A stretch of DNA of 64,000 bases from Mobula hypostoma (lineage: Eukaryota): positions 1,240,001 to 1,304,000 of the forward strand of contig NC_086098.1 in NCBI RefSeq assembly GCF_963921235.1, written 5' to 3'. Of this stretch, positions 26,140 through 38,109 are shown in pieces; the first letter of the stretch is position 1; each line of letters begins with the position of its first letter. The position numbers were made by a program, and so were the translations under genes. The notes beneath the pieces were generated by a model. The model saw only the letters and a program-made list of their open reading frames with translations. It ran no database searches and had not been told where the DNA came from.

Positions 26140-28522
26140 TAGAAACCATAAAAAAACTACAGCACAGAAACAGGCCTTTTGGCCCTTCTTGGCTGTGCCG
26201 AACCATTTTCTGCCTAGTCCCACTGACCTGCACATGGACTATATCCCTCCATACACCTCCCATCCATGTATCTGTCCAATTTATTCTTAAATGTTAAAAA
26301 AGAACCCGCATTTACCACCTCATCTGGCAGCTCATTCCATACTCTCACCACTCTCTGTGTGAAGAAGCCCCCACTAATGTTCCCTTTAAACTTTTCCCCC
26401 CTCACCCTTAACCCATGTCCTCTGGTTTTTTTCTCCCCTTGCCTCAGTGGAAAAAGCCTGCTTGCATTCACTCTATCTATACCCATCATAATTTTATATA
26501 CTTCTATCAATTCTCCCCTCATTCTTCTACGCCCAGGGAATAAAGTCCTAACCTATTCAACCTTTCTCTGTAACTGAGTTTATCAAGTCTCGGCAACATC
26601 CTTGTAAACCTTCTCTGCACTCTTTCAACCTTATTTATATCCTTCCTGTAATTTGGTGACCAAAACTGAACACAATACTCCAGATTCGGCCTCACCAATG
26701 CCTTATACAACCTCATCATAACATTCCAGCTCTTATACTCAATACTTTGATTAATAAAGGCCAATGTACCAAAAGCTCTCTTTACAACCCTATCTACCTG
26801 TGACGCCACTTTTAGGTAATTTTGTATCTGTATTCCCAGATCCCTCTGTTCTACTGCACTCCTCAGTGCCTTACCATTTACCCTGTATGTTCTACCTTGG
26901 TTTGTCCCTCCAAAGTGCAATACCTCACACTTGTCTGTATTAAACTCCATCTGCCATTTTTCAGCCCATTTTTCCAGCTGGTCCAAATCCCTCTGCAAGC
27001 TTTGAAAACCTTCTCACTGTCCACTACACCTCCAATCTTTGTATCATCAGCAAATTTGCTGATCCAATTTACCACATTATCATTCCAGATCATTGGAATA
27101 GATGACAAATAACAATGGACCCAGCACTGAATCCTGTGGCATACCACTAGTCACAGGCCTCCACTCAGAGAAGCAATTCTCTACTACCACTCTTTGGCTT
27201 CTTCCATTGAGCCAATGTCTAATCCAATTTACCACCTCTCCATGTATACCCAGTGACTGAATTTTCCTAACTAACCTCTTGTGCGGGACCTTGTCAAAGG
27301 CCTTACTGAAGTCCATGTAGACAACATCCACTGCCTTCCCTTCATCCACTTTCCTGGTAACCTCCTCGTAAAACTCCAATAGATTGGTCAAACATGACCT
27401 CCTACACACAAAGTCCCTGTCTATCCAAATGCTTGTAGATTCTGTCTCTTAGTACTCCCTCCAATAACTTACCCACTATCGACGTCAAACTTACCGGCCT
27501 ATAATTTCCCAGATTACTTTTCGATCCTGTTTTAAACAATGGAACAACATGAGCTATTCTCCAATTCACCGGCACCTCACCCGTAGACACCGACATTTGA
27601 AATATATCTGCCAGGGACCCTGCAATTTCAACACTAGTCTCCTTCAAGGTCTGAGGGAATACCCTGTCAGGACCTGGGGATTGATCCACTTAAGTTTGCC
27701 TCAAGATAGCAAGCACCTCCTCCTTTTCAATCTGTACAGTTTCCATGATCTCACTACTTGTTTCTCTTAATTCCATAGACTTCATGCCAGTTTCTTTATT
27801 AAATACAGATGCAAAAAACCCATTTAAGATCTCCCCCATTTCCTTTGGTTCCGCACATAGCCGACCACTCTGATCTTCAAGAGGACCAATTTAATCCCTC
27901 ACAATCCTTTTACTCTTAATATACCCTGGAAAAGCTCTTTGGATTATCCTTCACTTTGACTGCCAAGGCAACCTCAGGTCTTCTATTAGCCCTCCTGACT
28001 TCTTTCTTAAGTATTTTCTTGCACTATTGGTCACGTGGGTGTAATGGGCAGCACGACTCATTGGTCCAGAGGAGCTTGTTACCATGCTATATCTCTAAAC
28101 TTTATTTTTAAAATAGTTTAGGTGTATCCATCATGCAAGTATGGTTAGATCATAGTTCCATGTTTTTCAATTCAATATTGACAGAGTGCAACTTCTGGAA
28201 GAGCTTCCATATTTCTGCACTAAATGAATGACTGATGGAGCTTGTTTGTTTTGATTTTATTTATACTCCTCAAGCACCTTATTTACTCCCTGTTTCCTAT
28301 ACATGTCATACAACTCTGTCTTCTTCTTTATCAGAGTTGCAATATCCCTTGAGAACCAAGGTTCCTTATTCCTATTCACCTTGCCTTTAATCCTGACAGG
28401 AACATACAAGCTCTGCGCTCTTAAAATTTCTCCTTTGAAGGCTTCCCACCTACCGATCACATCTTTGCCAGAGAACAACCTGTCCCAATCCATGGTTTTT
28501 AAATCCTTTCTCATTTCTTCAA
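26140..28522 (-). mobile_element. CR1 copy F (same subfamily as B), nested in copy G
   Basis: The 3' UTR is almost identical to 17381-17550. Frameshifted RT ORFs span 26214-27689 and the 5' end lies in the linker (FEEMRKDL). Confidence 0.88.
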
Positions 28523-30762
28523 ACTTGTTCAACCTTTCTCTGTAACTTAGGTGATGAAACCCAGGTAACATTCTGGTAAATCTACTCTGTACTCTCTCTA
28601 TTTTGTTGACATCTTTCCTATAATTCGGTGACCAGAACTGTACACAATACTCCAAATTTGGCCTCAACAATGCCTTGTACAATTTCAACATTACATCCCA
28701 AATCCTATACTCAATGCTCTGATTTATAAAGGCCAGCATACCAAAAGCTTTCTTCACCACCCTATCCACATGACATTCTACGTTCAGGGAACTATGCACC
28801 ATTATTCCTAGATCCCTCTGTTCTACTGCATTCTTGAATGCCCTACCATTTACCATGTATGTCCTATTTTGATTAGTACTACCAAAATGTAGCACCTCAC
28901 ATTTATGAACATTAAACTCCATCTGCCATCTTTCAGCCCACTCTTCCAGCTGGCCTAAATCTCTCTGCAAGCTTTGAAAACTTACTTCATTATCCACAAC
29001 TCCACCTATCTTAGTATCATCTGCAAACTTACTCATCCAATTTACCACCCCTTCATCCAGATCATTAATATTTATGACAAACAACATTGGACCCAGTACA
29101 GATCCCTGATGCACACCGCTACACACCGTCCTCCAATCTGACACACAGTTATCCACTACTACTCTCTGGCATCTCCCATCCAGCCACTGCTGAATCCATT
29201 TTACTACTTCGATATTAATGCCTAACGATTGAACTTTCCTAACCAACCTTCCATGTGGAACCTTGTCAAAGGCCTTACTGAAGTCCATATAGACAACATC
29301 AACTGCTTTACTCTCATCAACTTTCCTAGTAACCTCTTCAAAAAATTCAATAAGATTTGTCAAACATGACCTTCCACGCACAAATCCATGTTGACTGTTC
29401 CTAATCAGACCCTGTCTATCCAGATAATTATATATACCATCTCTAAGAATACTTTCCATCAATTTACTCACCACTGACGTCAAACTCACAGGCCGATAAT
29501 TGCTAGATTTACTCTTAGAACCCTTTTTAAACAATGGAACAACATGACCAATACACCAATCTTCCGGCACTATCCCTGTTTCTATGACATTTGAAATATT
29601 TCTGTCAGAGCCCCTGCTATTTCCACAATAACTTCCCTCAAGATCCTAGGGAATATCCTGTCAGGACCCGGAGACTTATCCACTTTTATATTCCTTAAAA
29701 GATCCAGTACTTCCTCTTCTTTAATCATCACAGTTTCCATAACTTCCCTACCTGTTTCCCTTCTTACACAATTCAATATCCTTCTCCTTAGTGAATACCA
29801 AAGAAAATAAATTGTTCAGAATCTTCCTCATATCTTTTGGCTCTGCACATAGCCGTCCACTCTGATTCTCTAACGGAACAATTTTATCCCTTACTATCCT
29901 TTTGCTATTAATATACTGGTAGAAACCCTTGGGATTTATTTTCACCTTACTTGCCAAAGCAACCTCATATCTTCTTTTAGCTTTTCTAATTTCTTTCTTG
30001 ATTCTTTTTACATTCTTTATATTCCTCGAGCACCTCATTTACTCCAAGCTGCCTATATTTATTGTAGATATCTCTCTTTTTTTGAACCAAGTTTCCAATA
30101 TCCCTTGAAAACCATAGCTCTCTCAAACGTTTAATCTTTTCTTTCAACCTACCAGGAACATAAAGATTCTGTACTCTCAAAGTTTCACCTTTAAATGACC
30201 TCCATTTCTCAATTACATTCTTCCCTTAAAACAATTTGTCCCAACCCACTCCTTCTAAATCCTTTTGCATCTCCTCAAAGTTAGCCTTTCTCCAATCAAA
30301 AATCTCAACCCTTCACCAAAATTATATTGAAACTAATATAATCCTTCACCAAAATTATATTGAAACTAATAGCATTGTTATCACTGGACCCGAGTGCTCC
30401 CCAACACATACCTCCGTCACCTGACCTATCTCATTCCCTAACAGGAGATCCAACACTGCCCCTTCTCTAGTTGGTACCTCTATGTATTGCTGCAAAAAAC
30501 TGTCTTGCACACATTTGACAAACTCCAAACCATCCAGCCCTTTTACAGAATGGGCTTTCTAGTCTATGTGTCGAAAATTAAAATCTCCCACAATCACAAC
30601 CTTGTGCTTACTACAAATATCTGCTACCTCCTTACAAATTTGCTCCTCCAGTTCTCGGTCCCTATTAGGTGGTCTATAATACACCCCCATAAGTGTTACT
30701 ACACATTTTCCATTCCTCAATTCCACCCAAATAGCGTCCCTAGATGAGCCCTCTAATCTATC
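28523..30762 (-). mobile_element. CR1 copy G, middle (RT, linker, EN)
   Basis: RT motifs GVHQGSVLGP and KFADD; EN motif GDFN near 30580. Confidence 0.88.
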
Positions 30763-31164
30763 TGCATTATGATCAGAGATTAAGGGAGCTAGGGCTTTAC
30801 TCTTTGGAGAGAAGAAGGATGAGAGGAGACATGATAGAGGTGCACAAGATAATAAGAGGAATAGACAGAGTGGATAGCCAGCGCCTCTTCCCCAGGGCAC
30901 CACTGCTCAATACAAGAGGACATGGCTTTGAGGTAAAGGGTGGGAAGTTCAAGGGGGATATTAGGGGAAGGTTTTTTACTCAGAGAGTGGTCGGTGCGTG
31001 GAATACACTGCCTGAGTCAGTGGTGGAGGTAGATACACTAGTGAAGTTTAAGAGACTACTAGACAGGTATATGGAGGAATTTAAGGTGGGGGCTTATTTG
31101 GGAGGCAGGGTTTGAGGGTCGGCACAACATTGTGTACTGTGTTGTACTATTCTATGTTCTATGT
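30763..31164 (+). mobile_element. CR1 copy H, short 3' fragment nested in copy G
   Basis: Nearly identical to the 3' end of copy K. Tail is TTCTATGTTCTATG. Flanked by TCTATC at 30757-30762 and 31165-31170. Confidence 0.9.
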
Positions 31165-31890
31165 TCTATCCTGCCAGAGCACCACTGTAATATTTTCTCT
31201 GACAAGCAATGCAACACCTCCCCCTCTTGTCCCTCCGATTCTATCACATCTGAAGCAATTAAGTCCAGGAATAGTTAGTTGCCAATCACACCCCTCCTGG
31301 AACCATGTTTCACTAATAGCTACAACATCATACTTCCGGGTATCAATCCATGCTCTAAGCTCATCCACCTTTCTTATAATGCTCCTAGCATTAAAATAAA
31401 TGCATTTAAGAAATTTTCCACCTCTTACTCTCTGTTTATCACTAACGGTGCAAACAACTTTACTATTTTCTTTTTCTTCCTTCTCTACATCTGTTCCTAC
31501 ACTCTGGTTTGCCTCCCCTTTCGTATCTAGTTTAAATACACCGGAGCCTCTCTAGCAAACCTACCTGCAAGAATATTTGTCCCCCTCCAGTTCAGATGTA
31601 AAACGTCCCTCCAGAACAGGTCCCAGCTTCCCTGGAGAACTGCCCAATTATCTATAAATCTGAAGCCCTCCCTCCTGCACCATGTCTTCAGCCACGTGTT
31701 GATCTGCACGATCTTACTATTTCTAAACCCACCTACACGTGGCACTGGCAGCAATCCTGAGATTGATATCCTGGAGGTCCTGTCCTTTAACTTGGTGCCT
31801 AACTCCTTAAACTCACCTTTCAGGACCTCCTCACTCTTCCTACCCATGTCATTGGTCCCTACATGGACCACGACATCCAGCTGCCCATCT
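31165..31890 (-). mobile_element. CR1 copy G, 5' part (end of ORF1 esterase, ORF1/ORF2 junction, EN start)
   Basis: ORF1 reads ...HVGTND...ISGLLP...PVYLN*. The ORF2 frame reads LKCIYFNARS...DELRAWI. Confidence 0.87.
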
Positions 31891-31909
31891 AAATCATAGA
31901 CTGCCTGTT

Positions 31910-32553
31910 TATGCATGACCATACACTTTCCAACATTGTATTTCATTTGCCACTTCTTTGCCCATTCCCCTAAACTACCTAAGTCTCTCTACAGGCTCTC
32001 TGTTTCTTCAACACTACCCGCTCCTCCACCTATCTTTGTATCATTAGCAAATTTAGCCACAAATCCATTAATCCCATAGTCCAAATCATTGACATACATT
32101 GTAAGAAGCAGCGATCCTAACCCTAACCCTTGTGGAATTCCACTGGTAACCAGCAGCCAGCCAGAATAGAATCCCATTATTCCCCCTCTCTGTTTTCTGC
32201 CAATCAGCCAATGCTCCATCCATGCTAGTAACTCTCCTGTAATTCTATGGGCTCTCATCTTGTTAAGCAGCCTCATGTGTGGAACCTTGAGAAAAACCTT
32301 CTTAAAATCTAAGTACATCACATCTACTTCATATCCTTTGTCTACCCTGCTTGTAATTTCCTCAAAAATTTGCAGGCAGGATTTTCCTTTCAGGCAACTA
32401 TCCTGGCTTTGGCATATCTTGTCATGTGCTTCCAGTTTCTTCATAATCTCATCGCTGACAATCAATTCCAACAATTTCCCAACCACTGATGTCAGCCTAA
32501 CAGGTCTATAGTTTCTTTTCTGCTGCCTCCCACCCTTCTTAAATAGTGGAGTA
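31910..32553 (-). mobile_element. Degraded CR1 RT fragment I
   Basis: ORF 31989-32486 contains SGIPQG and KFANDTK. Confidence 0.82.
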
Positions 32554-32554
32554 A

Positions 32555-34547
32555 CCCCAGACCAGATGAACTACACCCTAGGGTTCTGGAAGAGGTAGCA
32601 TTAGAGATTATGGTGGCATTAGAAATGATCTTTCAAAATTCATTAGATTCTGGCATGGTGCCATCAGAATGGAACATTGCAAATGTCACTCCACTCTTCA
32701 AGAAAGTAGGAAGGCAGCCAAAAAGAAATTATAGTCCAGTTAGACTGACCTCAGCAGTTGGGAAGATGTTAGAATCAATTGTTAAGGATGGGGTGATGGA
32801 GTACTTGGTGACACAGGACAAGATAGTACAAAGTCAGCATGGTTTCCTTCAGAGAATATCCTGCCTGATGAACCTGTTGGAATTCTTTGAGGAGATTACA
32901 AGTAGGATAGATAAAGGGGATGCAGTGGATGTTGTATATTTGGACTTTCAGAAACCCCTTGACAAGGTGTCACACATGAGGCTGTTTACCAAGTTAAAAA
33001 CCCATGGTATTACAGGGAAGTTACTAACATGGTCAGAGCATTGGATGATTGGTAGGTGGCAGCAAGAGGGAATAAAATGATCCTTTTCTGGTTGGATGCT
33101 GGTGTCCAATGGTGTTCTGCAGAGGTCAATGTTGGGACCACTGCTCTTTATGCTGTATAAAAGCAATTTAGATGAGACAATAAGATGAGGAAATTGATGG
33201 CTTTGTTGCGAAGTTTGCAGATGATACGAGGATTGTTAGAGGGTCAGGTAATGTTGAGGAAACAGGTAGGATGCAAAAGGACATATACAGATTAGGAGAA
33301 TGGGTAAGAAAGTGTAATTTGACCATTTCCAAACTTATTTTATTTCTCTGTACTGTTGGTTGAGAGGAATGGAGTCGTCGACACTAAGGTTTTCTTCTCT
33401 TCCATTTTTACGTTGTTAAAATTGCCCAAGTCTTTTTAGTTTAGTTGACTAATTCTGTTTTTTTTTGGGGGGGTGGGGTTTGTTTTTTTCTCTATTTCAT
33501 GATTTTTCTCCAGTTTTCTTTTGTCCTGTATTATTCATTGTTATCCTACACGATTGGGAGTTCTGTCAATTTATACTATTTGTTCTTATAATTACTCATT
33601 TTAAGTACAACAATGTATCTCCAACTATTTGTATTATTGCTATCTTATGTTTATATTTTATGAAACTAATAAAAAGATTGAAAAAGAAAGAAAGAAAGTG
33701 TCAAATGAAACATAATGTTGCAAAATGCATGGTCATGCACTTTGGCAGTAGAAATAAATGTGTGGACTATTTTCAAAATGGAGAGAAAATCCAAAAATCT
33801 GAGAAAAGGGACTTGGGAGTCCTGTGCAGAACACTGTAAAGGTTAACTTGCAGGTTAAGTCAGTGTTGCCGAAGGCAGATGCAATGTTAGCATTCATTTC
33901 AAGAGGTCTAGAATACGAGAGCAGGGGTGTGATGCTGAGGCTTTATAAGGCACTGGTGAGGCCTCACCTTGAGTATTTTGAACAGTTTTGGGCCCCTCAT
34001 CTTAGAAAAGATGTGCTGGTGTTGAAGAGGGTCCAGAGGAGGTTCACAAGGATGATTTCAGAAATGAAAGGATTATCATATGAAGAACATTTGATGGCTC
34101 TGGGTCTGTACTCGCTGGAATTCAGAAGGATGAGGGGGATCTCATTGAAAGGGAATCTCATTGAAACTTTCAAATGTTGGAAAGTCTAGACAGAGTAGAT
34201 GTGGAAAGGATGTTTCCCATGGTGGGAGAGTCTAGAACAAGACGGCACAGTCTCAGGATAGAGGGGCGTCCATTCAAAACAGAAATGTGGAGAAATTTCT
34301 TTAGCCAAAGGGTGGTGAATTTGTGGAATTTGTTGCCACGTGCAGCTGTGGAGGCCAGGTCACTGGGTGTACTTAAGGCAGAGATTGATAGGTTCTTGGC
34401 TGGATATGACATCAAAAGTTATGGCTAGAAGGCTGGAAAATTCGGTTGAGGAGGAGAAAAAAAGGATCAGCCATAGTTGAATGGTGGAGCAGATTTGATG
34501 GACTGAATGGCCTAATTCTGCTCCTATGTCTTATGTCTTATGGTCTT
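32555..34547 (+). mobile_element. Degraded CR1 copy J (RT to 3' tail)
   Basis: ORFs at 32610-33080 and 33824-34428. Tail is CTATGTCTTATGTCTTATGG. Confidence 0.87.
33316..33691 (+). mobile_element. 5'-truncated L1/Tx1-like retroposed 3' end inserted in copy J
   Basis: T-rich UTR-like body, AATAAA at 33668-33673 and an A-rich (GAAA)n tail. The 10-bp TSD AAGAAAGTGT is at 33306-33315 and 33692-33701. Confidence 0.75.
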
Positions 34548-34549
34548 AA

Positions 34550-34690
34550 AATGCCGGAATAACTCAGTAACACAGACACAGAACTCAGAGTTCCTCAGTA
34601 ACATAAATACAGAACACTGGAGGAAATCCATTACACACACATAGAATGCCAGAGTGAGTCAGTAACACACAGAGAACGTCGGAGTGAGTC

Positions 34691-34746
<56 letters not shown>

Positions 34747-34760
34747 CGCCAGAGTGAGTC

Positions 34761-34810
<50 letters not shown>

Positions 34811-35440
34811 CGCCAGAGGACCTCAGTAACACACAAAAACAGAGAACACTGGGACAACTCAGTAACACACTAAAACACAGAGTGCCAGGGAATCTCAGTA
34901 ACACACAAGCACAGAATGCCGGAGGACCTCAGTAACACACACACAATACTGGATTAAACAGTAACGCAGAATCAAACTACCAAAACAACTCAGTAGCATA
35001 CACATGCAGAACGCTGGAGGAAACGAGTAACACGCACACACAGATTGCCAGAGGACTTCAGTAACTAACAACACACACACACACACACACACACACCATT
35101 GGAGGAACTCAGAAACACACACACAGAATGCAGGAGTAAATAGTAACACAAGCTCAAACTGCTGGTGTAACTCAGTAACACACACACACAGACACTGGAG
35201 CAACACAGTAACACACAGACACAGACGCCGGAGTAACACAGTAACACACAGACACAGACACTGGAGCAACACAGTAACACACAGACACAGACGCCGGAGT
35301 AACACAGTAACACACAGACACAGACGCTGGAGTAACGCAGTAACACACAGACGCCAGAGTACAGTAACGCAGTAACACACAGAATTTAGGTGGGACTCAA
35401 TAACAGACACGCAGAGAATGGTGGTGGAACTTAGCAGGTC
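34550..35440. repeat. Degenerate ~30-bp tandem array with (CA)n expansions, derived from a Penelope-like terminal segment
   Basis: Unit approximately ACACACAGAACGCTGGAGGAACTCAGTA, with (CA)n runs at ~34695-34743 and ~34765-34806. Confidence 0.8.
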
Positions 35441-35640
35441 AGGCAATTATCCATGGAAATAAATAAACCGCCGACCTTTTGGATTGAACCCTTTCCTCAG
35501 GACTCCTGATGTTGAAGGGTCTCTACCCAAAACGTCGATGGTGTACAGTATTTCTTTCCATAGATGGTGCCAGACCTCCGGCGTTCCTCCAGCATCCTAT
35601 CATCGTTGGCTGGATTTCCAGAGCTGTGGGGTCTTTTGTG
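35410..35640. mobile_element. Two Penelope-like terminal-repeat remnants in inverted orientation
   Basis: 35410-35505 is the reverse-orientation copy (...GGAACTTAGCAGGTCAGGC...CCCTTTCCTCAGGACT). 35503-35600 is the forward copy (CTGATG..GAAGGGTCTCTACCCAAAACGTCGA...TTCCTCCAGCA). Confidence 0.6.
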
Positions 35641-36591
35641 TTTACTCAATTGTTTTTTTTTAAAGTTTTGATATTTAAATATAATACAATTTCCGATGCA
35701 ATCCGGTGGGTGTGTGGAATGCATTGTCGGTGGCGGTGGTGGAAGCGGATAAAAAAATTCAGGACTATGCGGTAGGGAAATTCTAGGCCGTTTCTAGGGT
35801 AGGTTACATGGTCGGCACAACATGGTGGGCCGAAAGGTCGGTAATATGCTGTAGATTTCTATGTTCTATGTTCCTAATTTCGTGCCTAGTAAAACATATC
35901 AAATAGCTGGATGAATCTGAGGTAGTGTAATACCAATGGCTCGGTCATTATCTTCCACTTTTTCTATCCGTACTATACCTGTTTCGTTCTCTTCCTGCCC
36001 TTTGGATTCATCACCTGCGCGGGGAGGGGTTTCCCCGACCGGCATGGCAACTGTTCGCTCTCCTTGTGGTTATGCAGTGGTTTGCGTGCTGGCTTGGACA
36101 TCTTGGACGCAACATCTATGGTCGACATCGCCGATCGAAGGCCTGCAATATCTTTCACTTGTCGATATTGATCTTTAAAAAATATACACGCTGGTCCTAG
36201 TCCTACCATAAACAAGTATTAACCCTGTACTGTATTATTGTCACTGCGGCGGAGTCTGAGCGCTCTCATAGGCGGGATGCTGACAGGACAGGGGAATCAC
36301 ATACGCGAGAATGCACACATTCCAGCCAATCTCTTTGTAATTGTATTTAACTTTCTTCCTGTTGTTTCAATCTTGATCGAAGCACAGCAACGATAACGCT
36401 CCCTATTTACTTTAACCCACGTTCCGGCAAAGAAGATTGGTGATTTAGTTAGTTTGAAGTTTTTAGTTAACGGCTCTGTCTGTATCGTGTTTACTGTTTT
36501 CGTTTGCTCTGTGCAGTTCTTATTAAAACTCAGTGAACTGTTCAGTGTGAGTGTGTGGAACGGCACTGATCTCTTGTCAAGGAAGGTGATG

Positions 36592-36593
<2 letters not shown>

Positions 36594-36638
<45 letters not shown>

Positions 36639-36642
36639 TGTG
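36594..36642. repeat. (TG)n microsatellite
   Basis: Direct inspection. Confidence 0.95.
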
Positions 36643-36989
36643 CCTGTGTCTCCCTCTGCACCTGAGACATTACCGAACTCCTGGCAAGGAAGGTGAACTG
36701 CCCATTCCTGGTCTGTCCCCCTCTGCCCATGGGGACATTGAACTCCTGCCAATTGCAAAGCCCGGCATGCTTTATCATTTCAGCCAGAATCTCCAAAGAA
36801 AATCTGAAAATTAACATTTTGTCGCGTTTTCACTACTGTTCATAAAAACAATGTTCTACTTCGCTCTGGTCGAATCGAATATCCCAGAAATCTTGCTTTA
36901 AATATCATAGGACTGTTCCTTTAAAGTTTTAACTTATTAGTGTGCAAAACCTTTTTAAACTGGGGATTAACTGGTTGGGGACAAAAGTT

Positions 36990-37093
36990 TCAGCAGATGC
37001 TGGAAATCCAGAGGAACATGCACAAAATGCTGGAGAAACTCAGCAGATCAGGCAGCATTTGTGGAGAGTAATAAACAGTCGATGTTTTAGGCC
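36990..37093 (-). mobile_element. Penelope-like terminal-repeat remnant
   Basis: CACAAAATGCTGGAGAAACTCAGCAGATCAGGCAGCAT...AACAGTCGATGTTT is the reverse complement of the type seen at 38260-38330. Confidence 0.6.
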
Positions 37094-37200
37094 ATTGTTA
37101 AATGGTACTTGTTATGATTTAATATTTTAGCCTTGCTTCTCTATGAGTGCGTATTAGCCTAGTTTTATTATTTTGCATTTCATGAAAAAAAGTTTAAGAA

Positions 37201-37778
37201 TACGAGGGGTAATTGATAAGTTCCTAGCCTAAGGTAGAAGGAGTCAATTTTAGAAAATCTAGCACATTTATTTTTCAACATAGTCCCCTCCTACATGTAC
37301 ACACTTAATCCGGCGGTCGTGGAGGACACGGATCCCTTCTTTGTAGAAGTGGTCCACAGTAGGGGTGATTGATAAGTTCATGACCTAAGGTTGAAGGAGA
37401 TGAGTTATTAACTTCAAACTTTCTGCATTTTCACTCAAAGAGTTAAACTGCACGTGCACGTAACCAGAGCGTCTTGGACCTCCAGGTGTTCCACAGCAGG
37501 GGTGATTGATAAGTTTGTGGTCTTGGTTAGAAGGAGATGAGTTATACAGCTCTCGTTACATGCACGTACAGTTCGACTCTGAGTGAAAATGCATAAAGTT
37601 TGACGTTAATAATTCATCTGCGTTTACCTTAGGCCACTAACTTATCAATCAGCGCTGCTGTGGACCACTTCTACAAAGAAGGGATCCGTATGCTCCAAGT
37701 GTGTAAATGTAGGAAAAATAAATGTGCTAGGTTTTCTCCTTCTACCTTAGGCCACGAACTTTTCAAGGACCCCTCGCA
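37201..37778. mobile_element. Tc1/mariner-derived non-autonomous element (MITE), near-palindromic
   Basis: TIRs TA|CGAGGGGTAATTGATAAGTTCCTAGCCTAAGGTAGAAGGAG and CTCCTTCTACCTTAGGCCACGAACTTTTCAAGGACCCCTCG|CA. Minus 37354-37268 encodes DHFYKEGIRVLHDRRIKCVHVGGDYVEK*, a mariner-type transposase C-terminus. Confidence 0.85.
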
Positions 37779-37787
37779 CCATGGAAT

Positions 37788-37990
37788 TAGAATCAGAATC
37801 AGAATCGGGTTCATTATCACCGGCATGTGACGTGAAACTTGTTAACTTAGCAGCAGCAGTTCAATGCAATACATAATCTAGAAGCGAAAAAAATAAAATA
37901 ATAATAATAAATAAACAAGTAAGTCAATTAATATACATATATTGAATAAATAGAAAAGCGTGCAAAAACCAGAAATACTGTTTATTAAAA
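37788..37990 (-). mobile_element. LINE 3'-end remnant with (ATTCTG)n tail, Rex1/Babar- or L2-like
   Basis: AGAATCAGAATCAGAATC tail on +. Related remnants occur near 40145-40400, 40800-40990 and 41540-41630. Confidence 0.55.
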
Positions 37991-38109
37991 TTAATTTAAT
38001 TAATTAAAATTATTCAAGATGTTCGATACCTGTTCAAAGTTGAGGTTGGTAATCATAAAGTTAGTGTGCGAAACCAAATATATTATTTATTAGTCCAATC
38101 ACAAACAAG

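Noticed and set aside
28257..29570. 437-aa RT ORF as a domesticated or novel gene
   Set aside because: It is a chance in-frame junction between nested CR1 copies G and F.
30311..30370. Direct repeat CTTCACCAAAATTATATTGAAACTAAT x2
   Set aside because: A small local duplication inside decayed CR1 copy G with no sign of function.
34689..35446. Cys/Val-rich ORFs on the minus strand
   Set aside because: These are translations of (TG)n and the tandem array.
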